From positions 1-40,125 of the forward strand of contig MU058792.1 in the NCBI GenBank assembly GCA_013265495.1: DNA of 40,125 bases. Direction: 5' to 3'. This stretch comes from Vicugna vicugna. Its lineage: Eukaryota. The position numbers were made by a program, and so were the translations under genes. Shown here piece after piece: positions 12,821 to 24,100 of the stretch (position 1 is its first letter; each line of letters starts with the position of its first letter). A model generated the notes under the pieces. The model worked only from the letters and a program-made list of their open reading frames with translations. It was not told where the DNA came from and did not search any database.

Positions 12821-13365
12821 TCAGATCACCTTGCTTATGTGGATCAATTTTTTTCAAGTGTGATATGAGGGTACTGTGTCCAGTAACTTATAATTTCAAA
12901 ATAATTCACTGTAAGGGAATCATTAGTTGCAGGCATTGCAAACCACAGAAAGCTAGACATACAAAAATAACTCATTAGGGCAAGATAACTAATAATGTTT
13001 TTAAATATTATACTTGCTGAAATTTTGCAATAAAATGTGTATTTATAATTCTTTCTGGCTAAAGAGTAACTTCATAATCCTGAATGTGGCTGGTGGTTCC
13101 CATGGTGGATAGCACGGGCCTAGAGAATTTAAGTGACTTGTCCAGCCTCGCTCAGTAAGCTCGTGGTGAGATCAGAGCTATAGGCTGGGACTTTTCCTTC
13201 CTATCCAACAAGTCCCTCATGGAGTCTTAGAAGCTTCTCCTTTGGTGCCCAGCTGTCTATCCGTACTTATGACATCTTGTCAGGTGTCCCAGTCTGCTCC
13301 TGAACATCAGCCAGTAACCACTTCTGCTCTTTTCTGGCCAGGTAATACATTCTAGCAACTTCCTT

Positions 13366-13500
13366 TATATTTCAGGCTCTAGGCAACATTGATTTACAAA
13401 AGGTGCAGAACCAACAAGACTAAACCTAGGAAACAGGGCACAGGGTTAAAGTCAAAAGAACAGATCTAATATGGAGTCAGATTTGTTCTTTCCTATTTCA
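13366..13500 (-). mobile_element. ERV LTR 5' fragment, same family as 14182-14666
   Basis: Reverse complement shares acaaatctgactccata, tttgactttaaccctgtgc and caatgttgcctagagcctgaaatata with 14182-14302. Confidence 0.8.
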
Positions 13501-14181
13501 GTAGTGCCATGGAGAAGGCACTTTGGGCAGCTTGTTGTAGGGTCCTGGAGGCTTTCTCTCTCAGCCTCTGGGCGCCTCTGTTGCAAACCCTTCATAGCTG
13601 TCTGGCCTGCTGGAAAACCACTCCGATTGTTTTGCCCGGAAGATGTGTTCTGTTTATAACTCATCTCTACTCCTTGGAAAACAACTCAATAAAAACTCAG
13701 TTGGTTTTCCACAAGCCATGGGCAGGGTTGAGGGATAGCATGTTATCATTTTATAAAATAAAAATAAAAATAAAAATAATAATAAAAATAATAAAAGAAT
13801 CTTAAAACAGCACTGGGCACATGGCAGAGAGACAATAAATGTTTCCTCGCTTAAATTAGCAGTGATGGCTCAGTGATTCCATGGCTACTGTATTTGCTGT
13901 GCTAGATACTCCTTTGCTCCATTACAATTTCTTTTTAACTGAAAAAGAAATACATGCATATGGTTAAAAAAAATCAAACAGAGCACAAAAATACACAAGT
14001 GAAAGAAGTTTTCCCTCATCCTCTGTTCTTTCAGCCCTCCCTGGAGATGCCACTGTTTACTATCCTTTGTGTGCTTTTGCAGATATGCTATGAACATTCC
14101 CACCTATGTATGTAAATTCCTTTAAACTTTTACTTATTTTTAACTTATAGGGGTATAAATCCTCAAGTGCCTTCTGCCCAG

Positions 14182-14666
14182 GTAATAGAAAAGGACAAAT
14201 CTGACTCCATACTAGATCTTTTCCTTTGACTTTAACCCTGTGCTCCGTCTCCTAGGCTTCATCTTGCTTGTGAAACAATGTTGCCTAGAGCCTGAAATAT
14301 ACAGGAGAGCCTATTCTGAATGCTCTGACGTTTAAGGATATTAGACAGTTTTTCATTCATAAAAAGATAACAAGTTTCAGAATAGGAAATAACGTTTGTT
14401 TTGCTGGAGGTTTACAGAGATTTGACTCAGGCAGGTAGCTGCAAGAATAAAGGATTCTAACAAAAAAGAATTCCTACACCAAGAAGAGTTTGCTACAACC
14501 AAGCACGTAGGAAAGCAGCCTGAATCCTGACTTGGGGAGATGGTTTTCCAGGACAATAGTTCGCCATCTAGGTCTACAGAAACTTGCTATTCCATGCCCC
14601 AACACCTGGTCTCCCAAATTATTGGCCTGTCCTGCACTGAGGAGAATGAATTTGGACTCGGTAACA
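14182..14666 (+). mobile_element. Solo ERV LTR (ERV1-like)
   Basis: ~485 bp, ends ...tttggactcggtaaca; homologous to the 13366-13500 fragment. Confidence 0.75.
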
Positions 14667-14939
14667 CTCCTATTTACCTAGCAAGCTGGGCACTGGAACT
14701 GAGGGCAGCTCTCCCACACCCAGGGACCTACTGTGAGCCCTTGATGGGGTGGGGTGTGGTTTACTCAGGAGGGGTGGGGACTATGCACCAACACTCAGGC
14801 AGTCGGCTCCCTCTGGGGCTCTGATCCCCACCCCGCTCCCCGTCAGCACAACACCTGGGACAGTGGAGCTAAGGCAGAGATCTTGCCTGCCTGTTTCCCA
14901 GCGTGTAAAAGGGGAATATGTACTCTTCCCAAGGTAGTT

Positions 14940-16020
14940 CTGAGCGACAACACCCGCGGGTGCTTGGTTCCCAGAGCAACAGGAAACACAGCTCCGCGTG
15001 GGGGCAACGGGTGTGATCCCCGTAGGGGTTCTACTGAGGCCTCGGATGGAGGGCTGGACCAGGGAGGTAAAATTTGAGCTGCGGGCCCTGAAGGGTTAGA
15101 GAGGGGTACAGAGGCAGGACTGCCGCCTGTTTCGGGGTGCGCCCAGAGGTAAAGCTTTTTCTCTCCATCTCTGCGACTCCCCTCCCCCCTCCAGATTACT
15201 CCCTTCTCTCTGCACCTCCTGTCCATCTGTCTACCTCCACTTTTCCCCTCCTCCCCTCCTCCTCCGATCTTCTCCCTCCCTCACTTCCCCAGCTTCTCTC
15301 ACAGAAACCAGAGGATCACTGGCCCTCCTGCGCATGCGTAGTCGGTGCCAGCTGGACCGTGGATTGGAAGCCCCAGCTCCGAGCCGCGGATCGGCCCCAA
15401 AGGCTTCTCAGCTCTGTCGCCCGGTAGGCCTTTGGTTCCTGCCCGGGGCCTGGGCCTCCGGCTGTGGAAGTGCAAGGTGGGGGGCTCACGGCAAAGGTTC
15501 AGGCGGCTGCGGGAGGGCGCGAGTCAGCGTGTGTTCAGCTAAATTGCTCGGGCCAGACCCCTCTGCCCCGGCGCCCCGGCCACAGCTGCCCAGGGCCAGG
15601 TGTGCACCTGGCGCCTCTCGCCCCAGCCGGGCTCCCCTCAGTCCGCGGCTGGCGTCCCCTTCCCCTCTCCCGCCCGCGAGGCCTCCCCTCCCGGGCTTCC
15701 TCCCCTCGGCCGCCGGCCCGTCCCCGCCCCTGGGCGGGCTGCGTCCCGGGCGGGCGGCTGGGGCTGGGGCTGGGGCTGGCCTCCGAGCGGGGCTGCAGCC
15801 CGCGTCACCCCCCCACCCCCGCTCTCCCTGCCCCGCGACCCGGGGCTGCCCTGCTCTCCCTTTTCCGCTCCCTGTGGACCAGCTCAGTGGCGCGGGCACT
15901 GCTCCCCGGGCTGAGAGCTTCAGGCTGTAAATACCAGCTTCTCCTGGTGAAGTCGGCAAAAGGGAGCGTCAGTGCTGAGCGAGCTTCCATCTCCTCCTTC
16001 AGTGTTTCTGCCCCAGGTAA
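14940..16020. promoter_or_regulatory. CpG island, housekeeping-type promoter with candidate non-coding exons
   Basis: High GC and CpG; NRF1-like TGCGCATGCGTA at 15329-15340; GC boxes; donors CCG|gtaggc after 15423 and CAG|gtaatt after 16016. Confidence 0.75.
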
Positions 16021-16399
16021 TTTTCTTGAACACTTTCAGGTGTTATGATGGCTGTGCTTCTTGATGTCACGTGTTTTTATAGTGAGAGAGATTACTGTGT
16101 TGAAAGCAGGGCTTGGTTCAGTTAAAAATGAGCTGAAGGCATGAGTCTGTGACATCCTCCAGGCTTCCCTCTCCCAGGCTGAAACGTGTGACCGTGGATT
16201 TTAGAAAGATAGTTACAGTCCCTAACTAGTCCAGCCCAGCTAGTGTGTGTTCACAGGAACAGCACCACCAGAGGCCTTGGAGACCTAGGGACATTGCAGT
16301 CCTAAAGAGCTCCTGGCATAGTTTGGTTTGTTTTGGTTTTTTGTTTTTCTTAAATTGTGTGGCAGACTAGTTGTATAGAGGGGAAAATAATTGTCAAGA

Positions 16400-16760
16400 A
16401 ATATTTTTTCATATAACAGCTTTATTGTGATATTGTTCACACACCATGAAGTCCATCCATTTAAATGGTACAATTCAGCAGCTTTTAGCTTATTCACAGT
16501 GGTGCAACCATTATTATTCCAGAACGTTTTCATCACTTCAGAAAGAACAGTGGAAATCAATGACCTATCCACCCTTCCCCAGGGGTGGTTCTAAAGAAGT
16601 TTCTTGGCTGTTCCTGACCATAAATTAACTTGTTACATTCCATGAAAAATCTGATAGGAATTCTAATCAGAATTGCATTGAATCTGTCTATCAAAACAGG
16701 AAGAATTAATGTCTTTATGGCATAAAGTTCTTCTACCCATAAATATATCTGAGACCCTAT
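16400..16760 (-). mobile_element. L1 fragments (3' end and ORF2 piece)
   Basis: agctttattgtgata...ccatttaaa..tacaattcag; ILPVLIDRFNAILIRIPIRFF matches L1 ORF2. Confidence 0.7.
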
Positions 16761-17034
16761 CTTTTCATCTGTCCAGAGCCTGGCCCATGGGAAGTCCTCG
16801 ATAATTGTTGGGCTTGTGAATGATGAGATTCTATACAATGTTAGTTGCAACTGTAGCCTTTCACTGAAGAGAAAATTAACCTCAGTGAAGCCAAGTGACT
16901 CTCTGATGGACACAAAGGGTGACAGTCAGTGCTGGAGTGATCCAGTGGACTTGCTGCTTGCAGCCAGAATTCTCCACCACCTATAGCTACGGGGATTACA
17001 ATGTTCTTTTATTTTTTTTTAATGACTTGCTTTT

Positions 17035-17295
17035 ATTTTTCGAATTATTTTTTATTGTAGTGTAGTTAACTTACAATGTTAGTTTCAGGTGTACAGCAGA
17101 GATTCAGTTATAAACATATGCATATGTATATACGTACGTTTTAGATTGTTTTTAGTACAACTCATTACAAGAAATTGTATATAGTTCCCTGTGCTATATA
17201 GCAGGTCCTTGTCATTTATTTTATATTTATTAACGTGTATCTGTTAATCCCCCTTTTGCTGCCTGCTAACCACAGTTTATTTCTATGTCCATGAG
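17035..17295 (-). mobile_element. Artiodactyl-type L1 3' end
   Basis: ttacaatgttagtttcaggtgtacagca...gattcagttata...tatagttccctgtgctata. Confidence 0.75.
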
Positions 17296-19503
17296 TCCAT
17301 TTCTAGCAGCACCATTTTTCCTAGTTAATATATGCTGCTTGGCTGCTTTCAGTTTCAGTAATTCCATCTTATCTGTGGGCATTTTTCTTCTGGTGGGCCT
17401 GTATGTGGCTTGCACATGTGGTAATAGAGATCTGTATTTGGGAGAGCTCCAGGCCTCGTGTAGTCCCTGGTACAGAGTGCCCCCTGAATTGATGCTTGAA
17501 CTGGGAAAAAAGCATAGTAAATGTTGGAATTTCCACTATGGTTGAGACTTCCAGGTTTCTATAACCTCTCTAGCCCACCTTAATGTTGGCTGCACCCATA
17601 CTGGGTAATTTGGTGGAACTCCATGTTATGTGCATGTAGAGACAGGGCCTAGAATGCTTCTTCTCTTTCCTTTTTCTAACACTCATTCTCCTGGGCCTCC
17701 TAGATCCTCCCAGAGCAGTGCCCAGGGCTGGCTTGGTGCTACATTCAGGCAATATTTGTTAATAAGGCCCTTTCCTCATCTCTTCTGAGCCTCCGTTTCC
17801 TTCTCTGCACAATGAGACCGTAGACTAGATAAGTCCTTTTCAGTTTCTTTTAAAGCCATGTTTCCTTTGAGAAACAGAAAATGCAAATCTCTCCTCCCAT
17901 TGTAACCCTTTAGATTTTGATACATCCTCCAAGGAGTGACATAGCTCTTTGTGGAAAAGTGATGTGATTGTGATTCCAGATGGCACAGAAAAGACTCTTC
18001 AGAAATTTATTGCAGGGAAAGGGCAGGAAAGGGGCAGTATGTCACACTTTCTAGGGTGAGCAATGGAGTTGGGGATTGGGTTTAAATACGATGTCTGATG
18101 TGTCCTCTCTCAAATCTTGCACAATGTGGTAAACCTCTCTCCCTCAGTTTCTTCATGTGTCAAGTTGGGGTGATAGCATTTTAGGCTTTTTCTGAAACAT
18201 TGTATACATAATCCATTTGTGTCTCGGTAAAAATAAGAGGTGCTAGAGAGTCAGTGATTTCTATAAAAAAAAAAAAAAAAATCTTGTCCATAGCACTCTG
18301 TCTGTGTGTATTTTGATGTTCCTGGAGGGTGAGTGTTGAAGCTAAAGTCCATCGTGGGACAGGTGGCCAATGGTTCTGATTGCCCCCTCCTCCCCAGTCC
18401 TCTTCCCCTCAGTCCAGGATGAAGTTCCCTGGTAGATTTACACAGAGTTCTTATGGAAATGGCTTTTCATTTTATTGTTTCACCAAGGAGGGCTGCCATC
18501 ATGATCTCTGTGGTAAGGTTTTGGTGACCTGAAGGCTATGCATTTGGGGGTTTCTATTTAATAAAAAGAAAAAAATTACAAATACAAACTTAGACCTAGG
18601 GTGGTGACAGGGGCTCTTGAAAGTGGGGACCATTAGCTTTGTTAGCTTCAGGTGCAGTGGCCTCTGGCCATGAGGACCCATCCTCGTGCTCTGAAGTTGG
18701 AGGGACAGTTCAGTGGGTAACTGAGTGTATCTCATGGTCTAGGGATTGTCCTATTTGTGCTGTGTGTTCCTTATTTGAGACAATGAACTCATTTAACCTC
18801 GATAGCCTCTTTAAAAAATTAGGCTTTTAATTTTGTGATATAATGTAGATTCCCATGTAGTTGTAAGACATAATATGGAGAGGGCCAATGGACTCTTTGC
18901 CCAATTTTCCTTAATGGTTCAATCTTGCGAAATTCAGGTACAATTCATTACTGACTCACTAACCCTTTGACGTTTGTATTATTGCCCTCATTTCTATTCA
19001 TGATTAAACTGGGACTTAGAGAAGCACATAGTCCTGCACAGTTCACCCACATGGTTAGTGTAGAGTCGGGTGAACGTGGGCTTGGGATTTCCAGGCAGTA
19101 CCATTATGATGGTCTGTGGCAGGGAGCATCATTCACTTTGCTTGTTTATTCATTCATTCAACATTTATTGAGTAACCTCTGTGTGTCAGATACTTTCATA
19201 GGGTTATCAGATTTTTTAGCAGTACTGAGAATCAGGTAATATTTTCTTTTTTTTTAATCTGAGAAAATTAGCTCTGAGAGGTTATAAACCCCCAAAGGAA
19301 ATATAGCTCATAAAGGAGGGATAGAAAAATTTGTACAGTCCCCCCCCCTTTTATGCAGGTGGTACCCTAGGCATTTTACATTTGCAAACTTCCATAATCC
19401 AGATATATTCTTGTAAAGCAAGGATTTTTTTTTAATTGAAGTATAGTCAAGTTTACAATGTTGTGTCAATTGCAAGGTGTTTTCTGACTTTTGTATTAAA
19501 AAA

Positions 19504-19630
19504 TATTTTTTCAGGAGGGTAATTAGGTGTATTTATTTGTTTCATTTTTTAAAATGAGGTACTGGGGTTTGAACCCAGGACCTCGTACATGCTAAGCACG
19601 TTCTCTACCACTGAACTGTACCCTCCTCCC
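19504..19630 (-). mobile_element. tRNA-derived camelid-type SINE
   Basis: Minus strand gggaggagggtacagttcagtggtagag (A box)...gggttcaaacccc (B box), A-tract, cctaattaccctcc tail. Confidence 0.85.
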
Positions 19631-20063
19631 CAAGGCAAGTTTTCTTATCCATTATTATGAAGCTTAGGAGATCAAATAAGTTGGCGTTGAAATCCAGATC
19701 TTTTGATCCTACTATGGTCCTTTTCTTTATATTCTGCTGAAGGGTGTTGGGGAAAGCATTTCCTTTGCTCATTTCTTTATTCAGCATTTTTGAGCAGTGA
19801 CTTTGCATCAGTGTCTGGCTAGGTACTTGGAACCGAAAATAAGAAATTACCCTGCTCGGCAGGGGCAGGAAACCTAGACCAAAAGCTGGGTAATGTGATC
19901 CGACCTACAGTAGCCATGTGCAGACACTTAGGACAAATTTTACCCCCAGCTTTGCTTGGACTTCCCTTGCCTTCTGGCTGGTACACACAAGGTCACCACA
20001 ACCCAGAGGGGCCTGCAGCCCACAGCAAAGTATGTATCTCGATCTCCTCTCCCCTCTCGGCAG

Positions 20064-20635
20064 GAGCTGCAACATGAGCATCCCTGACTACATGCAGTGC
20101 GCTGAGAACGACCAGATTCTCCCCGTGGTGGACCAACCAGTTGGGATCATCTCAGAGGAGAATTTCTTTTGCATCTATAAGCGAATCTCCTTGGTGAGCC
20201 AGATCAGCCCGTGCGGCTCCCATTGGGCACTCTGTATCCACTACAGGCACCACTATGTGCCCGAGAACGGGTGGAGCGAATTCCAGACCCACAGCAAGGT
20301 AGTGGGCCTTGTCACCATTACCGACTGCCTCTCAGCCAAGGCCTTCGAGAAGCTCCAAGTGCAGAGGAGCTGTATGGCACCGCGTTAATGACTCTCAGCT
20401 CTTTGTCTTTGTGCTGCATGGGGAGGTAGCCGAGCAGACGCGCACCGATGTGGCCTTCAATCTACGAGGACTGCAGACTGGTGGAGAAGAGGATCGAGGA
20501 CTTCACTGAGTCACTCTTCATCATGCTCAAGTCCAAGTGGTTGGAAAGGGCCCCCGACAATTCTGGGGACATGATCCCCCTCCTCTGTACCTTGTTTGAG
20601 AAGGAGGACATCATGGGACTGGACACAGACAGCAG
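20064..20635 (+). pseudogene. TRAPPC9: Non-processed duplicate of the TRAPPC9 first coding exon, frameshifted
   Basis: ATG at 20074 gives [11 protein letters not shown]...HYRHHY.PEN.W.EFQTH.KVVGL.TITDC...RTDVAF...[17 protein letters not shown]...GLDTDSR spread over three frames, matching the TRAPPC9 N-terminus; acceptor cag| at 20063 and donor AG|gtaag after 20635 intact. Confidence 0.93.
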
Positions 20636-20871
20636 GTAAGTCTACCTGGAGGCCCGGTCACCCTGGCTGTGTGCCGGGTTGCTTCCCTACATCCAGGAAG
20701 GGATCAGCAGGAAGAGGGCTGTCTTGTAGCCAAGGTTGGAGGGAGGTGAAGCCCGCCGATATACAGACATTTAAAAGTGAATCCACCTTTCTTTCAGAGA
20801 GATCCTTTTAGGGTTAGTGTGGACACTTCCTCCGCTTTTCAGCCAGGAACCCTGGTGGGACCCCTGGATTT

Positions 20872-21170
20872 GCTGTCCAATAAATTAGCCACAGCCACTG
20901 ATGCTAGGAGCGCTGGGGAGGAGGCTGGTCTGAGCTGACATGTGCTGTAGGTCAAATGCACATCAGACGCTGAGATTTATCTAGTAAAAGGAATGTAATC
21001 TATCTTCTTACTTTCTATATTGATTACATGTCAAAATGATACTAATTTACATACAGTAGAATAATCAGTTTCTAGAATTTGTTTATTGTTTGTTTTTTGT
21101 TTACTTTTTAAATGTGGCAACTGGGAAACTTTCTTTACATGGATCTCATTTCATTTCTGTTTGGCAGCCT
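20872..21170. mobile_element. MER33-like hAT-Charlie DNA transposon
   Basis: gctgtccaat start; atattgattacatgtcaaaatgat and tttaaatgtggcaact motifs. Confidence 0.7.
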
Positions 21171-24100
21171 GTCCTGGGACAGTCTCATCCCTTTGATTAT
21201 AGATGAGATGCTGAGTCCCGAGATGCAGAACGAGGCTCTTGTTGAGCTGGGGGTGGAGCCGGTGTCTCCTGCCTCCCAGGCCCAGCACCTGCACGGCTCA
21301 GGCCCTCTCTTCATGCCCGACAGCCACCATGCCAGCTTAGGACATCAGAAACACCGCCAGGGACGTCCGAATGAACTCCTTACACAGGGAAAAGTGTGTC
21401 ACGGAGTATGGGACAGAGCAGGGAAAGGTTCATCCTCACTTTGTCCCTGTGATTAGGTCAAAGGCCTCACTTTGCCTCGGAAGTGCAGATGAGCTCTTCT
21501 GGGCTGCCTACCCCCCCCAACTTCTGCTCTATTTCCCCGTGTGTCTATCGTGCTGTCCCTCGGGCAGAAGAGGTTGAGATGCCTTTGCCGAGAGGTGGTC
21601 CCCCTTTGCTGGGGAGAGTGAGGGAATTTGTGTCCCCCCGGCCTACGGCCTCGGGCCTTGAGTCCGGAGAGCGCTGATCGCAACCCACAGGTGACGGTTG
21701 GAGGACGTGGCACGTGTTGCCGGGACCGCTGTGGAGGCGGTGCTCTGTGATTCTTGAACTTACCTAAGGTCAGATTCTACTTTCTGGTTGTTGGTCAGTT
21801 GGGGGAGAAGATGCCAGAGAATTGATAAAAAGAATGTCCAGACCAGCCCTGTGAGTGAGAGGCACAGGGGACCCGAGTCCCACCTGCGTGTGGTGCCTGG
21901 CGAACTCTGGATGAATTTTCAGTTCCTCCCAGGACATTCCTCTATGGCTTAAGGAAGGGGCAAAGCATGTCGTGGCCATGATCTGTACTTGTCCTCACAG
22001 GGACCTGTGATCTACATGTCCGCACTCCCCTTCTGCTCCATGGAGTTGAGGTGGCAAATTTAGGAGCCTGGGCACTGCTGAAGGCACAGCTGCCAGCATC
22101 GGGCTTCTCCCAGACTGGCTCCGTTCACCTCACCTGTCACCACCTGCTGAGCCCCCAGGCATTAGTCAAGGTAGGTGCATCAGTGCAACGTAAGCAGGGA
22201 CCAACTTCTCCCCCTGGACAGACTGGTGGGTGAGCAGTGGAAGCCTGGAGCCATGCCCCAGCCCCCTGGCCAGTACTTCCTCTTTTGTCATAGGAGGCAC
22301 TGGTGACATTTTTGCTCAGCAACTGCTTGGCTCTGAGTCTGCAGACCCAGCAGAGAATGCCAGCTTGTTTTTGCCTTTTGAAGTCTGTCCTTGGGATTTG
22401 GTGGAGTAGCTGGATGTGTGCTTAGCCCATAGTGGTCTACAGTGTCACCATTGTTTACCAGAACCTCGTGTACCAGGCATGGCTCTCGGTATCAAAATAC
22501 AGCAGCGCATTAAACCTCCCTCCTGGTGGGTCTGTCTGTTTTGGTACAGTAAGCGCCCAGCCAGCATCTGAAGGTCAGTGAGATAACGCGGCCAGTGAAC
22601 TCGGGTCAAGCACGTTCTCCTCCAGTCACTTTTACTCCATTGTTCCTTTTACTATTCCACAGTCATTAATTTATCAAAGCATGCTTTGGTGCAGGAGCAG
22701 AGCCTAATTCTCTCCTGCTACTCTTGGTGGGAGGGAGTATAACTGTCCAGCCTGAAATGCGACCACATTTTGTAGGTCAAAAGCTATCTGGACGCATGTA
22801 GGTGGGGTTTTGGTTTGGGGCTCTGACCACATTGGGGTTCCCCCGGCAGCGCTGCTCCCCACAGGCCCCTGCCTTCCCTGGAGCAGGAGATGAGGGTGGG
22901 TCTCACCGACCCCAAGTCACTGTCCTCATCACACTCACGTAAGTTCTTGCACAGGCGGTCAAAGTCATTTTTGTTCTTGTGTGTTTCTAATTTTCGCTTG
23001 TTCTGCTTTTCCATTTTTCCTTTTTCTCTTGTACTGCCCTGTGAGCATGTTGTTGCGTCTGAAAAGGTGGGCTGTGCACACCCTGCATTGGAAATAGCTA
23101 GATCGCCCTCCGTGCTGTCTCCATCGCTTTAAAAAGCAAAAACTTAACAGCTGCCTTGATCCATGTATTGTCCTAGTCACCTATTTATTTTCTAATTTTT
23201 TGGAATATTTGCTTTGTTAGCACATCACCCACTGGTGTTTGATACCTGTTAAAATCCTTGCTTTGAGGAACCTGTTTGGTCCTCCTTATATTTGGTGCCA
23301 AATGCGCCCTTATTAGATTTGTTTGTTTGTTTTGAAGAAGTGAGATGCGAATTGAATTAGGCTGCTGCTGAGGGATTCTTTTCATGGAGTATTAAACTTG
23401 GAAAGTCAAAGTCTGCAGCATCTTGCTCGATTTCTGCTTATACACAAACGTGCTCGGCACGCGGTTCCTGGCTGTCGCTGTGAGACGTGCGTGACGGCGC
23501 TGCCTGGCCGGCGGTCACTGGTGAAGAAGTGGCCGGCTCGGGGGTGAGCAGCTGCCGGGGACGCTGTTGGAGGAAGCAGTCAGTTTTTTTTTTTTTGTTT
23601 TTTTTTTTTGCTTTCAACTTTCCCTTGCCATTTACTGTACTTTGCCTTCATAAAGGGGCAGTATCGGGTCTAAAATCCATGCCACTCTTTTGTTCCCTGT
23701 ACGAGGCTGGTTTTTCTGAGTATCAGGACAACATGGCCTTCTCCGAAGAGGCTGGCTTGGCTNNNNNNNNNNNNNNNNNNAAGGGGACCGTAGGTTCCAC
23801 TCTGCTTCAGCCAGTGGGCATTCAGAGCTGGGTCTGTGGTTTGCCTCAGCAGCCGTGCAGGCCTCCCTGCCCCGGCCTTTACTTTTAACCCATGCTGGCA
23901 GTAAAGAGCTGACTCCGTGTCTGTTGCAGCTGCCGTCCACCACTGACGGCCGTGTCGTTAGTTTGCGGTAGTGAGACCCCAACACCCCAGTCAGCCGTGA
24001 AGGAAGATGCTTGGCCAACCTAGGACCTTGCATTCTCACCCCCAGCATGGTTCATCCCACCTGGGGGAAGGGTTTGGCCACCACCATCATGCTGACCATG

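Noticed and set aside
15334..16048. Overlapping ORFs of 157-198 aa
   Set aside because: CpG-island artefacts with no recognisable domain.
19555..19630. tRNA-like A and B boxes (also at 32434-32515)
   Set aside because: Followed by an A-tract and SINE tail with no convincing cloverleaf; these are SINE heads, not tRNA genes.
23284..23295. CArG-like CCTTATATTTGG
   Set aside because: Has eight A/T bases rather than the six of an SRF CArG box.
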